A stretch of 64,000 nt of DNA from a virus. The position numbers and the translations under genes were made by a program. The notes below the pieces were generated by a model that had not been told where the DNA came from, made no database searches, and saw only the letters and a list, made by a program, of their open reading frames with translations. The stretch lies in the IMG/VR virus record IMGVR_UViG_3300042975_000098; one strand, 5' to 3'. Below are positions 1 through 10,167 of this stretch, piece after piece (positions within the stretch are counted from its first letter, which is position 1; each line of letters begins with the position of its first letter).

Positions 1-713
1 ACGTCATGGGGTCGAACGACCATGACGTGTACCAGTTCCCGGACATCGAGGACTGGTCGTTCATCGACAAGCTGAAGATGGAGAAGACGATCGCCGGCAC
101 GTACGTGTCCGCCCGTCCGCTGCAGAACGTGGGCCGCGGCATGTCCTACCTGCGGGCGGCGTCGAACATCCCCATCATCGCCGCCGACGATCTGAGCAGG
201 GCCACCGGCCGCGGCACGTTCCGCACGCTCGCGTTCCTCACCGGCATCGAACGCAGGACGAGCCGTAAGGGAACGCCGTTCTACCGTCTGAACATCGATG
301 GTGATGAGACGTCGACCCCGGCCATGATATTCGGCGGTCAGGTTGATGCTATCGAGCAGTCCGACGCGAACCTCGTCGACGGGTCTCTCTACCTGGTGTC
401 CGGGAAGTACTACAACGGGTACAACGACCGCATGACCTACTCGATCGAATCGGTGACGCCGATGGAGCTCGCACGGGACGGCCGCATGCCGCTATGGGTG
501 CGACTCACCGAGGCCAGCGCCGAAGCCGCCGAGAAGATCATCAAGCGCGAACTCGCCCGCCACCCCGGTGACCTGCCGGTGTTCTTCTCCGTGAAGCTTC
601 ACGATGGCACCATCGACAACCACTATAGCGGCCTGTCGATAAGCGATGACGATGAATCGATCATGGAACTAGAGGACGCCATCGGTAGCAAGCGCATGGG
701 CGTTTGGGAATGA
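1..713 (+). CDS. dnaE: DNA polymerase III alpha subunit, C-terminal part (5' partial)
   Basis: W..xxKLxxEKxxxGxYVSxxPL motif followed by an OB-fold-like segment (RRTSRKG..F..L.I..) and C-terminal 'L.RHPG..PV' domain typical of DnaE; frame is open to the window edge. Confidence 0.85.
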   Translation, partial: VMGSNDHDVYQFPDIEDWSFIDKLKMEKTIAGTYVSARPLQNVGRGMSYLRAASNIPIIAADDLSRATGRGTFRTLAFLTGIERRTSRKGTPFYRLNIDGDETSTPAMIFGGQVDAIEQSDANLVDGSLYLVSGKYYNGYNDRMTYSIESVTPMELARDGRMPLWVRLTEASAEAAEKIIKRELARHPGDLPVFFSVKLHDGTIDNHYSGLSISDDDESIMELEDAIGSKRMGVWE

Positions 714-720
714 GGTTCAC

Positions 721-2214
721 ATGTCTGATGACGATTCACTGAGCGGGCTGTTCGACTTCGCCGACGCCGCGCCCGCCGATGATGGCGGTTCGACGCCGGA
801 GTCATCGGGCGCCATGCCATCGACTGACGGGCCGTCTCCGAGCGACTCGAACTCCGTGCCGGCGTCATCGCCGAGTATCGATGACGTGCCCGCGGACGTT
901 GACGGATCGCCGTCGGCGCCGGCCGCGCCGGCAGTCGATGACACCGTGTTCCCGCTCGGCGACGATCAGCCGCTGGCGTCCCCGTTCACGCCCGCGGACG
1001 AGGCGGAGCAGCCGCTCAGCGATGATAGGCTTGCGGCGCTGCTCGATGACGGGTACGACATGGATTCCGATGATGACCTGTCGGCGCCGGAACCGCAGGA
1101 GGACATGATTCTCGGCGATGACGAGGAACTGCCCGCACCGAGCGTGCCCGACGTGCCGCCCGCGGTCGCGCTCGACGACGTGACCGGCCTGCCCATCCCC
1201 GAACTGCCGGCCATAGGCGTCGACGACGACGCCGCCGGCTCGCCAGGCAGCCCGGACATGCCGGCGCCGCCCATCGATGACGATCTGCCGTCGCCGGTGA
1301 CGACATCGCTACCGACGCCGATGGACATGGGCGAGGATGACGAGCCATCCACCGCTGATGGCGATGACATCGATGAGGATGATACGCAGTTGTTCGATGA
1401 CGACCAGTCAACAGATGTTGACGGCGACGACCCCGACGATGACGATACGCCAGCCGCCGAGCCTGACGGTGATGACGGAACCGAGTCCGGTGAGAGCGAC
1501 GACGATGCGGGTGGTAATCCCGGGAAGATCGACGCGCTGAAATCCAAGTTGGCTTCGTTCTGGCGGCAGGTGAAGACCGAGTTCACTTCCCCGGAGGCGG
1601 CGGAGAGAGCCATGAGGGGAGGCGACGGGTCGGAGCCGACGAACGCCGACACGGGCGAGTCCGATGATGGCGATGTCGATTCCGATGACGAGCCATCCAA
1701 GGAACTGGTGGCGGAACCTGCCGGCGCGAAGAGCAAACCGGGCGCTGGCGGCGCCGGCAAGGGCGGCGGTTGGCTTGCGCCGTGGAGACTGCTCATCGGC
1801 CTGTTCAGAACGGCGGGCAAACTGGTCAGGATAGCCGTGTCGCTCGCCGGCGTGTTCGCCGTGCTGCTCGTGGTATGGCTAGTGCTCAACGTTCCCGTGG
1901 CGATGAACCACACCGAGGCGAACACGATCGCCGCCGACGAGGGTTCGGTCACCGTGGCCGCGGCGGATTACCATGATGGTCGGGTCAACGTCGAGTTGAG
2001 GAACGGCGGCGACATGATAGCGCACGTCCACGCGACCGTGCGACTCTACGCCTGGGCACCGCGGTCTGCCGTCACGCTGCTCGCGCCCCGGCGGACCGCC
2101 GAGTGCGAACTGGGGTCGGCCGATATCGACCCGGGAGCGGATAGGACGTTCACCGTCGAATGCCCGGCCGCCGGTCACTGGGTGCGCCCGCGGGTGGTGG
2201 TTCAATACCAGTGA
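721..2214 (+). CDS. Very acidic (Asp/Pro-rich), probably disordered protein with one C-terminal TM helix and a small extracellular domain
   Basis: Long D/P/E-rich N-terminus; hydrophobic IAVSLAGVFAVLLVVWLVL; high-GC3 codon usage; starts 7 nt after the dnaE stop. Confidence 0.75.
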   Translation: MSDDDSLSGLFDFADAAPADDGGSTPESSGAMPSTDGPSPSDSNSVPASSPSIDDVPADVDGSPSAPAAPAVDDTVFPLGDDQPLASPFTPADEAEQPLSDDRLAALLDDGYDMDSDDDLSAPEPQEDMILGDDEELPAPSVPDVPPAVALDDVTGLPIPELPAIGVDDDAAGSPGSPDMPAPPIDDDLPSPVTTSLPTPMDMGEDDEPSTADGDDIDEDDTQLFDDDQSTDVDGDDPDDDDTPAAEPDGDDGTESGESDDDAGGNPGKIDALKSKLASFWRQVKTEFTSPEAAERAMRGGDGSEPTNADTGESDDGDVDSDDEPSKELVAEPAGAKSKPGAGGAGKGGGWLAPWRLLIGLFRTAGKLVRIAVSLAGVFAVLLVVWLVLNVPVAMNHTEANTIAADEGSVTVAAADYHDGRVNVELRNGGDMIAHVHATVRLYAWAPRSAVTLLAPRRTAECELGSADIDPGADRTFTVECPAAGHWVRPRVVVQYQ

Positions 2215-2233
2215 TCCGTATATTGAACTGTGT

Positions 2234-4018
2234 ATGAGAACTATTCTTGACGTCCCGTACATGGAGTCGATGGCCGCTCGCGCGGCCGGCGCCAGGTACG
2301 ACGCGAAACTGAAGATCACCTATTACGATGGAGCGGCGCCGGCGGCGCTGGCACGCTGGCTCACCGATGACTACTCGTACTCGCGGTGGGTTGAGGATTC
2401 CATGAACGGGGCGGTACGCCCGGTGGCCATGTCGAGCACCGCGTTCACGCCAAAGCCCCATCAGGTCACCGCGGCGCATGCGATCGCCAGCGCGTGGGCC
2501 AAGGGTTCGCCCGGCTTCCTCATCGCCGATTCCACCGGTCTTGGCAAGACGCTCTCGGTCATCGCCGGCGTGTGCGCGATCGCCAGCGTCCGCGGGTGCT
2601 CGAGCGCGCGCCCGTTGAAGACGCTCATCGTCAGCCCGCTCGGCGCTAAGGGCGTGTGGTCGCAGACGTTGAAATCCTACCCGCCGTCATCGTGTCTTCG
2701 CCCGCTGATCATCAACTACCAGCAGTTGAACAAACTGGTGAAGCCGCCGACGGCTGAGATTCGGCAGCGTTCGCGGGCGAATAAGAGCGGCAGGATATCG
2801 ACGCATACGAAGAACATGCTCGTGGCTCGCGACGGCACCATGAGAATACATTTCGACGTCATCGTGTTCGATGAGTCGCATTACCTGAAGAACTACGGTT
2901 CCAGCGCGGTGTCCATGCTAGCGGCCACCATCGGCGGGTTGAACGCCGAGTATGTTCGCGGTAAATCACCGTTCATCGTGTACAGCACGGCCACACCGGC
3001 GTCCACGCCATTCCATTACGCGATCATGGCGCCCACGTTGTCCATGCTGCTGAACCCGCGGCTGAAGCATCCGGTGACGCCGGTGAAATGGCCCGAGTTT
3101 CTGAAACGCGAGGGGTTCCACGTTCACAAGGCGAAAACATGGTCATGGGCGACGGTGCCGTACTGGGGCGCGAAGAGCGATGACCCGAGGGCGGTGGAAC
3201 GCTACCGCGCCGGCAAGACGAAAGCGGAGCGCGAGCGAAGAGAGGACTCGGAGCGTATCGGCAAGGCCTGGTCGAGCGAGGGCGCACCGTACATAGCGCG
3301 TGAGCCCACCGATCTGCGCGGCTGGCCCAAGCAGCCGGTGAACCCGTATTACATCTCGCCGACCGCCGACGATCGCGCGCGGTACGAGGAATCGTGGCTT
3401 GAGTTCCGGGCATGGCTGAAACTCAAGCGGGCTGGGCAGTCGAACCCGCGCGACGGGCTGACGAAACGGCTGCGATTCCGTCAGAAGGCCTCGCTCATCA
3501 AGGCCCCCTACGTGGCCGAGCACGCCATCGAACTCGTGGAATCGGGCATGCAGGTGTTCATCGGCGTCCAGTTCCTCGATACGGTTCGCATCATGGAGCA
3601 GGCGCTCGCCAAGGCGCGGGTGTCGTTCGCCGACTGCACGGGACTCAGTGATGACAAGCAGGCCGAGCGGCTGAGATTCCAGCGGGGCGAGGCGAAGGTC
3701 GTGTTGTGTACGGTCAAGGAGGCCATGTCCTTCCACGCCGGCGAGATACTGCCCGATGGCACCAGGGCATCCTCCGCACCGCGTATGACCATCATCGCCG
3801 ACGTTCGCGAGAACCCGAACGATTGCGTCCAGCAGATGGGCAGGGCCCATAGGGACGGGCAGGAGTCGCCGTGCGAGTTCCCGTTGCTGCTGGGCACTGT
3901 CGACGAGAAGGTCATGGGGTCGTTCATCCGGTCGTGCGCGAACATGAAGACCATGAAGGCCGACTCGGACCCCGAGTATCTCGACCGCATATTCCTTGGA
4001 TCGGGCGGGCATCAATAA
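2234..4018 (+). CDS. SNF2-like superfamily 2 helicase/ATPase
   Basis: Q motif PHQ, Walker A LIADSTGLGKT, Walker B FDESH, motif III TATP, motif VI QQMGRAHR. Confidence 0.85.
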   Translation: MRTILDVPYMESMAARAAGARYDAKLKITYYDGAAPAALARWLTDDYSYSRWVEDSMNGAVRPVAMSSTAFTPKPHQVTAAHAIASAWAKGSPGFLIADSTGLGKTLSVIAGVCAIASVRGCSSARPLKTLIVSPLGAKGVWSQTLKSYPPSSCLRPLIINYQQLNKLVKPPTAEIRQRSRANKSGRISTHTKNMLVARDGTMRIHFDVIVFDESHYLKNYGSSAVSMLAATIGGLNAEYVRGKSPFIVYSTATPASTPFHYAIMAPTLSMLLNPRLKHPVTPVKWPEFLKREGFHVHKAKTWSWATVPYWGAKSDDPRAVERYRAGKTKAERERREDSERIGKAWSSEGAPYIAREPTDLRGWPKQPVNPYYISPTADDRARYEESWLEFRAWLKLKRAGQSNPRDGLTKRLRFRQKASLIKAPYVAEHAIELVESGMQVFIGVQFLDTVRIMEQALAKARVSFADCTGLSDDKQAERLRFQRGEAKVVLCTVKEAMSFHAGEILPDGTRASSAPRMTIIADVRENPNDCVQQMGRAHRDGQESPCEFPLLLGTVDEKVMGSFIRSCANMKTMKADSDPEYLDRIFLGSGGHQ

Positions 4019-4162
4019 GTGATCGCACAAGTTGTTAGATGGTGTTCCAGTGGGCATCCAGCCGGAGTTGGTCGCATGTCGTTGGGTAACTGGTAATCGA
4101 CGTGATATTGGACGGTCGGACATGCTCACGTATGTTCATGTTTGCAAACATAAGGAGTTATT

Positions 4163-4414
4163 ATGAACAGAGTAATGGAAACCATGAAGTCCGAGAGGGG
4201 TGCGGATACCGTCGAGGTCATCATCGGCATCGTCGTGTTCGTGGTCTTCGGTCTCGCGGTGTTCGGCATGGTGACGAAGGCGGCCGGCAACAAGATGGCC
4301 GATACGTCGAACTGCCTGCAGGACTCGGGCAACATCATCACCAACACCGGCAACAATGCTACAAGCAGCAATAAGTGCAAGACTACCCAAAACGGTACTT
4401 ACAAGTACAACTGA
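4163..4414 (+). CDS. Flp/type IV pilin
   Basis: Class III signal peptide KSERG|ADTVE (Glu+5) followed by a hydrophobic helix; strong SD TAAGGAG; hairpin downstream. Confidence 0.8.
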   Translation: MNRVMETMKSERGADTVEVIIGIVVFVVFGLAVFGMVTKAAGNKMADTSNCLQDSGNIITNTGNNATSSNKCKTTQNGTYKYN

Positions 4415-4435
4415 TCTACGGTTGTATCGGTTTCG

Positions 4436-4475
4436 AAGAGTGTGGCGGTCCTCCCGGGAGGACCGCCACACTCTT
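4436..4475. terminator. Perfect 40-bp palindrome, probable terminator after the pilin
   Basis: AAGAGTGTGGCGGTCCTCCC|GGGAGGACCGCCACACTCTT is its own reverse complement. Confidence 0.75.
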
Positions 4476-4508
4476 GTCTTTCCATGACATCAACGGAACG
4501 GTCGAGCG

Positions 4509-4515
4509 CGATATT
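4509..4515 (+). promoter_or_regulatory. YGATATT motif 8 nt upstream of the tadC ATG (putative leaderless promoter)
   Basis: CGATATT-gccatggc-ATG, no SD; same spacing at several other genes. Confidence 0.6.
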
Positions 4516-4523
4516 GCCATGGC

Positions 4524-5423
4524 ATGATGTTAGCTAATCCGCTGTTCGTAGCCATCCTCGTCGGGCTCATGGTCCTGCTCCTCGGGTACATCGCCACGTT
4601 CCGCAAGCACATGGTCGACGCGCAGTTCGACGGTTTCGACGGGTCCAAGGGCTTCATGAAATACCTCGCCGCGCTTGGCAAGAGCGCCGCCGAGGTGATG
4701 CCCGAAGGGGCGACGAGAATGAGCGATCGCTATCGATCGCAACTCGAACTCAGGCTCCGCAAGGCCGGCAACCCGTGGGGCATGTCCCCCGTGGAGTTCC
4801 GACTGCTCCAGATAGGCTGCCTGATAGCGGGAGCCGTGTTCGGCGGCGTAGCCTACTATCTTGTGTACGATGAACTCTCCATGATCCCATGGCCTGTGTT
4901 CATCCTCATATCCTCGGTGGTGGGGTGGATCATACCCGGTCGCGAGCTTAAGAAGCGAATCGCGGACCGTCTCATCTCGTTCAGGCGCGCGCTGCCGGAT
5001 GCGCTGGACTTCATTCAGATTCAGAACACCATCCACGCGAACGTGCTGAACTCGATCATCACCATCACGCCGCGACTGGAGAAAAGCGTGGTCAAGGATG
5101 AGTTCACCATCCTATGTAATGACCTGAAATCAGGCCGCGACCCGAAGCTGGCGCTGGAGGACATGGCGGAACGCGCGCCGTCACCGGAGATGGAATCGTT
5201 CGTCAACGTCATCATCCAATCCATCACCATGAGCACATCCGCGAACGCCGCCCTCGAGGAGCGCTCGAAGACAGCACGCGAGGAGTACATCGGTCTCATC
5301 AACGAGAAGATCGCCTCACTGTCCTCCAGAATCATGCTGTACCTTGGACCGTCGATGATCATGGCGCTGGTTCTCGTGTCCATCGCGCCATCGATGATAT
5401 CGATCATGAGTTCGCTCTCGTGA
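4524..5423 (+). CDS. tadC: Tad pilus platform protein TadC (T2SSF family)
   Basis: N-terminal TM, L.KAG, two TMs, ALPDALD...G...ALE.MA.R... T2SSF domain, C-terminal TM. Confidence 0.8.
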   Translation: MMLANPLFVAILVGLMVLLLGYIATFRKHMVDAQFDGFDGSKGFMKYLAALGKSAAEVMPEGATRMSDRYRSQLELRLRKAGNPWGMSPVEFRLLQIGCLIAGAVFGGVAYYLVYDELSMIPWPVFILISSVVGWIIPGRELKKRIADRLISFRRALPDALDFIQIQNTIHANVLNSIITITPRLEKSVVKDEFTILCNDLKSGRDPKLALEDMAERAPSPEMESFVNVIIQSITMSTSANAALEERSKTAREEYIGLINEKIASLSSRIMLYLGPSMIMALVLVSIAPSMISIMSSLS

Positions 5424-5484
5424 TCGCCGTCGAACGATAACGGACGATATAGTAAGCATACCAATAGGAAACGGAGATAACAAG

Positions 5485-7170
5485 ATGACATTCGACCCAA
5501 CCGAAACAGCCGCGAAGACCCATGCGACCATCGACAGGCTCACGTCGCTGGCGAAGGAATACGAGGGCGCCACGCACGTCAACGTGCTTGCCGGCGATTC
5601 CACCATCGTGCTGCTGACCTCTACCTCCGGCGTGTGGGGATTGTACTCGACCTCGAAGCCGCTCAACGTGAAGAACCGCGCGAGCTTCGCCGTAGATCAT
5701 GACGTGTATCATCTCGGCGCGGAGGTAGGCACGGCCGATCTGGTTGCGAAACATGCCGATGTCGTGACCGACTGGGTTCGACGATACATGATCGACACGC
5801 TTGCGGATATCGTGGACGGCGTGAATCTTGAGAGCATTCAATCCTCATACACGAAGACGGAACTCAGCGATTACGAGCAGGTGTTCGCCGATACCGTAGG
5901 CGATGCCAACGACATCTCGACGCTGGCGGATGATGTGACCGAGGAACTTGGCCGCCGAGCCGATCTTGAGCACCGGCTCGGGTTGGACGCCGTTGACTGG
6001 TCCACGCTGCTGTTCAGCAACACCGCCCTCCAATCCGACACGGATGCCAGCAACTTCATCCTCATGGCATCGGCGTCGACCAACGTGAACCTGAAGAAGT
6101 CGATCGACTACTCATCGGGATTCCTGCTCTCCGACATTCTTGAATCCATATACGCGAACACCGATAAGCATCGCATGCGTCTGGTGAACGGCGATGGCGA
6201 TGAGTTGACATTCACGCCGCTGGAGAATCAGGAGCAGTCAGGCATCGTCACCATCGATGCGGATGTCGCCGATGCGCCGGCGGCCGCGACCGATGATGAA
6301 GACGGGCATGACGAAACCGATGAGCCGACCGCCACGCATGATGAGGAGGCCGATGACATTCTCGGTCTCGGTAGCCATCTGTCGGTGCCGCCGTTGAGCC
6401 TTGACTTTCATGTCGAGGATGCCGGTCATGATGCTGGGGATGAGCATGCCGAGGGGGCGACGAGCGAAGACGACGATCGTGATTCGGTCGAGGACCGCGC
6501 CCGTGAGCGTGGATGATGCGACCGCCACGACGGCTGGTGACGCCGACGAACCAGTGGTCATGCAGGAAGACCAGCATGAGGATGAGCAGCGTCCTGACTG
6601 CGGAAGTTGACGTGGACGTCGATTCCGAGTCCTGATGCCCGCGATGTCGAAGATGACGAACCGAAGCCGGCCGATGACGCTGAGGGCGTCGGTGACGCGG
6701 AGCCGTCGACCGTTGGCGCGACGCCATCGGAACCGACGTATGAGCAGCCGTCCGTGGAATCCGTGGTCGGTGACGTTCCCGACGTGGATTCCCTGCTTGT
6801 CGGAATCGCCCGGACGCGGAAGACCATGGAGGACATTCGCCGCGCGCAGGAGCATGTGCGCAAGGAGGTCGATGCCGCCCAGGCACGGCTCGATGCTCTT
6901 AAGGCGGAGAGGCAGGTGGTTTCCGCGAGGATCGAGAAGCTACCCGCTGCGCAGCCCGACATCGACGGTAAGATCGCATCGGTCGGCGCCCGCCGCGATG
7001 ACATCAAGTCGCAGATCGAGTCGCTGCAGGATGAGGTGCAGCGTCTTGATGACGAGGAGCGTCAACTGGTCGCCGAGAAGACCGCCGAGGTCGATCGCAA
7101 GGTGCTGGAGGAGTCCGCCGGCCGACTGGATACGGTCATTGAACGCCTGACCGATGCTCTGAAGTTCTGA
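5485..7170 (+). pseudogene. Hypothetical protein with acidic linker and C-terminal coiled coil, interrupted by ~3 single-base frameshifts (6490-6630)
   Basis: ORFs 5485..6516 and 6607..7170 are bridged by acidic peptide in frame 2 (DDATATTAGDADEP..) then frame 3 (AEVDVDVDSES). Confidence 0.55.
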
Positions 7171-7191
7171 TCATAACGGGGGCGGTGGATC

Positions 7192-7623
7192 ATGGATGAC
7201 GAGCAGACTTCGGTGAGCACGATACCGGTGTACGTGTTCACCGAGTTCTTCAACCGCGAGGCGCAGATGTACGCGCTCGGCGACATACCGCTGCGCAAGC
7301 CGAAGTCCATCAAGGCCATGATCTACACCATCGTGCTGTTGCTGATCTATAGTGTGCCGATGCTGTTCATCGTGGGCATAGGCACCGTTCTCACCGGTCC
7401 GATCCCGGCGGCGATCGTCTTCGGGCCGCCGTTGGTCGCCGGCCCGTTCGTATCGAAGCCGAACTTCCATAACAAGACGTTCATGAAGCACATGACGGCG
7501 ATCGTGAGGTGGATGGGGCTGGCGGACATGTACTGCGACATGCGGGAGATGCAGTACGCGGAATCATCGTCCGCCGATATCGGCCTGTGGCTGGCCAACG
7601 ATAGCGATATTCACCATGCATGA
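7192..7623 (+). CDS. TcpE/VirB3-like conjugal transfer membrane protein
   Basis: Y.LGDI.L..P motif followed by two TM helices; stop overlaps the VirB4-like ATPase start. Confidence 0.65.
   Translation: MDDEQTSVSTIPVYVFTEFFNREAQMYALGDIPLRKPKSIKAMIYTIVLLLIYSVPMLFIVGIGTVLTGPIPAAIVFGPPLVAGPFVSKPNFHNKTFMKHMTAIVRWMGLADMYCDMREMQYAESSSADIGLWLANDSDIHHA
7605..7611 (+). promoter_or_regulatory. YGATATT motif 8 nt upstream of the VirB4 ATPase ATG
   Basis: CGATATT-caccatgc-ATG. Confidence 0.55.
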
Positions 7624-8792
7624 GAAACAATGAACCTGAGTGGGTGGGGCCGCTTGTAGGTGTGAACCTGCAGGGGTACCCCACCCCTTTCATGTTCGAT
7701 CCGCATTCCAGCATCAACTCGCCGCTGAGCAAATCTCATTCAAGCGGCATCCTCATCACCGGTGGTCCGGGTTCCGGGAAATCGTTCCTTGGCTATACGC
7801 TGGCGATGATATCGGCGATATCCGGCAAGGACACCATCATCGTCGACCCGAAGAACGATGCGCGTAACATAATCAAACTGTCCGATGAACTGGATGGTCT
7901 CGTCCATTCCATCGACATGAGCTCCGGCGGGCAGAACGGGGCGATGGACCCGTTCGTCAGCGACAAGGATCGCGCCGAGCGCGTCGCCCGCGTCTCCAAT
8001 CTCACGAAGATCCTCCTGGGCGATCTCGATTCCGAGGAAAGCACCGGTCTGTACGCGAAGATACAGGACGTGGCGAACATGCCCGACCCGTCCCTCAGCC
8101 TGCTCTGCGACGAACTCGCGAGGAATCAGAACCGCAAGGTATCGAATCTTGGCATACGACTGAAGAAGATCGGCAAGTCGGACCCCAAGGTCGGCAGCGC
8201 CATCTTCCGTTCCAGCCGCGCCCGATCCCGACCGCAGAAGATAGGCAAGGGACTCACCATCATCACCACGCTGGGCATGGATATACCCAACGAGGGAACG
8301 GACGCGAGCATGTACACCGACCAGAACCGTCTCGCCATGGGCATCATGTATCTCATCGCCAACTACCTGTGGGATACGGTATCCGACCCATCCCAGTACG
8401 ATCTGCCCAAGACCATTCTCATGGATGAGGCATGGGCGCTGCTCGCCACGCAGCAGGGCCTTGAAATCGCGAACACCATTCTCCGCAAGTCCAGATCGTT
8501 CAACGCCGTGCTTATCCTCATGACGCAGAACATCAAGGAGATCAACGATTCCGATTTCCAATCGCTCATGTCCACGCGATTCGCGTTCCACGCCGACGAC
8601 CCGGATACGGAGGGTCGGGAACTATGCAAGTCACTGCGAATCGACCCCGGTTACGCGCAGACGTTCCCCGACCTGGCGCAGGGGCAGTGCTTCGTACGCG
8701 ATTACAAGAACCGCGTGTCAGTCATCCAGATCATAGAGCAATCACCGTTATGGACGCGTGCGTTCGACCCGCATTCGGGATCGAGGGTATGA
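7620..8792 (+). CDS. VirB4/TcpF-like conjugation ATPase, C-terminal (ATPase) half only
   Basis: Walker A GGPGSGKS, IVDPKND, Walker B MDEAW, R.SRS.N...TQ, GQCFVRD..NRV; only 390 aa. Confidence 0.85.
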   Translation: MRNNEPEWVGPLVGVNLQGYPTPFMFDPHSSINSPLSKSHSSGILITGGPGSGKSFLGYTLAMISAISGKDTIIVDPKNDARNIIKLSDELDGLVHSIDMSSGGQNGAMDPFVSDKDRAERVARVSNLTKILLGDLDSEESTGLYAKIQDVANMPDPSLSLLCDELARNQNRKVSNLGIRLKKIGKSDPKVGSAIFRSSRARSRPQKIGKGLTIITTLGMDIPNEGTDASMYTDQNRLAMGIMYLIANYLWDTVSDPSQYDLPKTILMDEAWALLATQQGLEIANTILRKSRSFNAVLILMTQNIKEINDSDFQSLMSTRFAFHADDPDTEGRELCKSLRIDPGYAQTFPDLAQGQCFVRDYKNRVSVIQIIEQSPLWTRAFDPHSGSRV

Positions 8793-9556
8793 TGAAGCGA
8801 AAACGCATGATGGTCATCGCCATCGCCACGTTGGCGGTCGTGTTCACCGGGTTCACCGCAGCGGCGAGCATGCACAAGACCAAGGTCGATGCGGCCGGCG
8901 CCAGCGTGGTCCGCATCGATAAGAAGGCGGCGCGGGAGATCAGCGACACGACGCGCGGCTTCATCACCGCAGCCGGCACGTTCGGGGTCGACTACGGAAC
9001 GCTGCCGAACGATGACACCGCGCCGCTGTACGCCGCGTACTCGGCGTACGCGACCGCCGGTTCCCCCATGCCATCGACGTTGACGCCATACGTCACCACG
9101 CGGTTCGCATCGTACGCGAAACTGCTGGCGACCGGTCTGCTTGACCGGTCCTCGCCGCTCGCCGGCCGTGGCGAGGACTCGCTCAGGTCGGATAGCGACG
9201 CTTCGCGCCTCACCGGGTTCGCGGTCGATGGCGCGAGTATACGCATATCCGACCCCGCTGACTCCGTGACCACGTATGACGCGAACGGCGACCCCATGGT
9301 GAAGGTGAACGCATCATGGTCGACCACGGTGTCCACGATCGCCGACGCCCCCGGCGACCCGGGACAGTCAGGCAAGCCACGCGAGCAGGTACAATGGCAT
9401 CATGATGACAAGTCATACCGGTTCGATGACGTGCCGGTGACGCTCGTCCGCACCGGCGGCAAGTGGAGGGTATCCGATGTCGGCGATGGCGGCACGTCAA
9501 CGTTCTACGGCCGGCACGAATGGATGCTGAGCGCGTCGAACACGATCGAGTACTAA
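8789..9556 (+). CDS. Secreted/membrane-anchored hypothetical protein (possible T4SS component)
   Basis: ATG overlaps the upstream TGA; MMKRKRM + hydrophobic signal; C-terminal LV...GKWRV (NTF2-like ending). Confidence 0.65.
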   Translation: MMKRKRMMVIAIATLAVVFTGFTAAASMHKTKVDAAGASVVRIDKKAAREISDTTRGFITAAGTFGVDYGTLPNDDTAPLYAAYSAYATAGSPMPSTLTPYVTTRFASYAKLLATGLLDRSSPLAGRGEDSLRSDSDASRLTGFAVDGASIRISDPADSVTTYDANGDPMVKVNASWSTTVSTIADAPGDPGQSGKPREQVQWHHDDKSYRFDDVPVTLVRTGGKWRVSDVGDGGTSTFYGRHEWMLSASNTIEY

Positions 9557-9560
9557 AAGG

Positions 9561-10157
9561 ATGGACATCATGGACAACGAGAACGATGATCTCACCATGG
9601 AAGACGTCGACGAGACGTCGGGAACGGGTGAGGCCGCGCCGACTGACCCGCGTGATGACGACCGCGGCCACGTCGACAATGGCGAGCGGTCAGTGGACGA
9701 TGACAAGCCGGACCTGAACGATGATGATGAAACCGATGAAGGGGCGATCTATGATTCGGATCGCGAGATAGCCGCGAAGGTCATGGATCACGTCATCGAC
9801 ATCCGAGTGGATGGACTGTATGGCGATGACGGCCAAACCCGCGGCCGGCTGCGGCTCCGCCGCCACCCGCCGACGATGGTGTTCTCAAAGCACCGGAGCG
9901 GTGACGAGAGCGATCGTGACGCGGAGGTCAGGGTGATGATGAATCAGGCGCTGGCGCACCGGCTGTCAATCATCTTCCATGATATGGACATGGCGTTCGA
10001 TGGCATCCGCAAGACGGAGAAACGCCGGTTCACATGGGAATCGTTCAGGAAGTCGGTACGTGACTACTGGACTTACCAGCCGCTCAAGTTCGTGGGCGGC
10101 GTGCTATTGGCGGTCGTGGTGGTCGCGCTGGTCATATTCGGGTTCATCGTATCATAA
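9561..10157 (+). CDS. Hypothetical protein, acidic N-terminus, C-terminal TM
   Basis: ORF in operon, SD-like AAAGG, hydrophobic C-terminus. Confidence 0.65.
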   Translation: MDIMDNENDDLTMEDVDETSGTGEAAPTDPRDDDRGHVDNGERSVDDDKPDLNDDDETDEGAIYDSDREIAAKVMDHVIDIRVDGLYGDDGQTRGRLRLRRHPPTMVFSKHRSGDESDRDAEVRVMMNQALAHRLSIIFHDMDMAFDGIRKTEKRRFTWESFRKSVRDYWTYQPLKFVGGVLLAVVVVALVIFGFIVS

Positions 10158-10167
10158 GGGGCATTTC

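Noticed and set aside
6-713. Stand-alone 235-aa gene or split-intein DnaE C-half
   Set aside because: Frame is open to the window edge and no intein residues are visible; treated as partial dnaE
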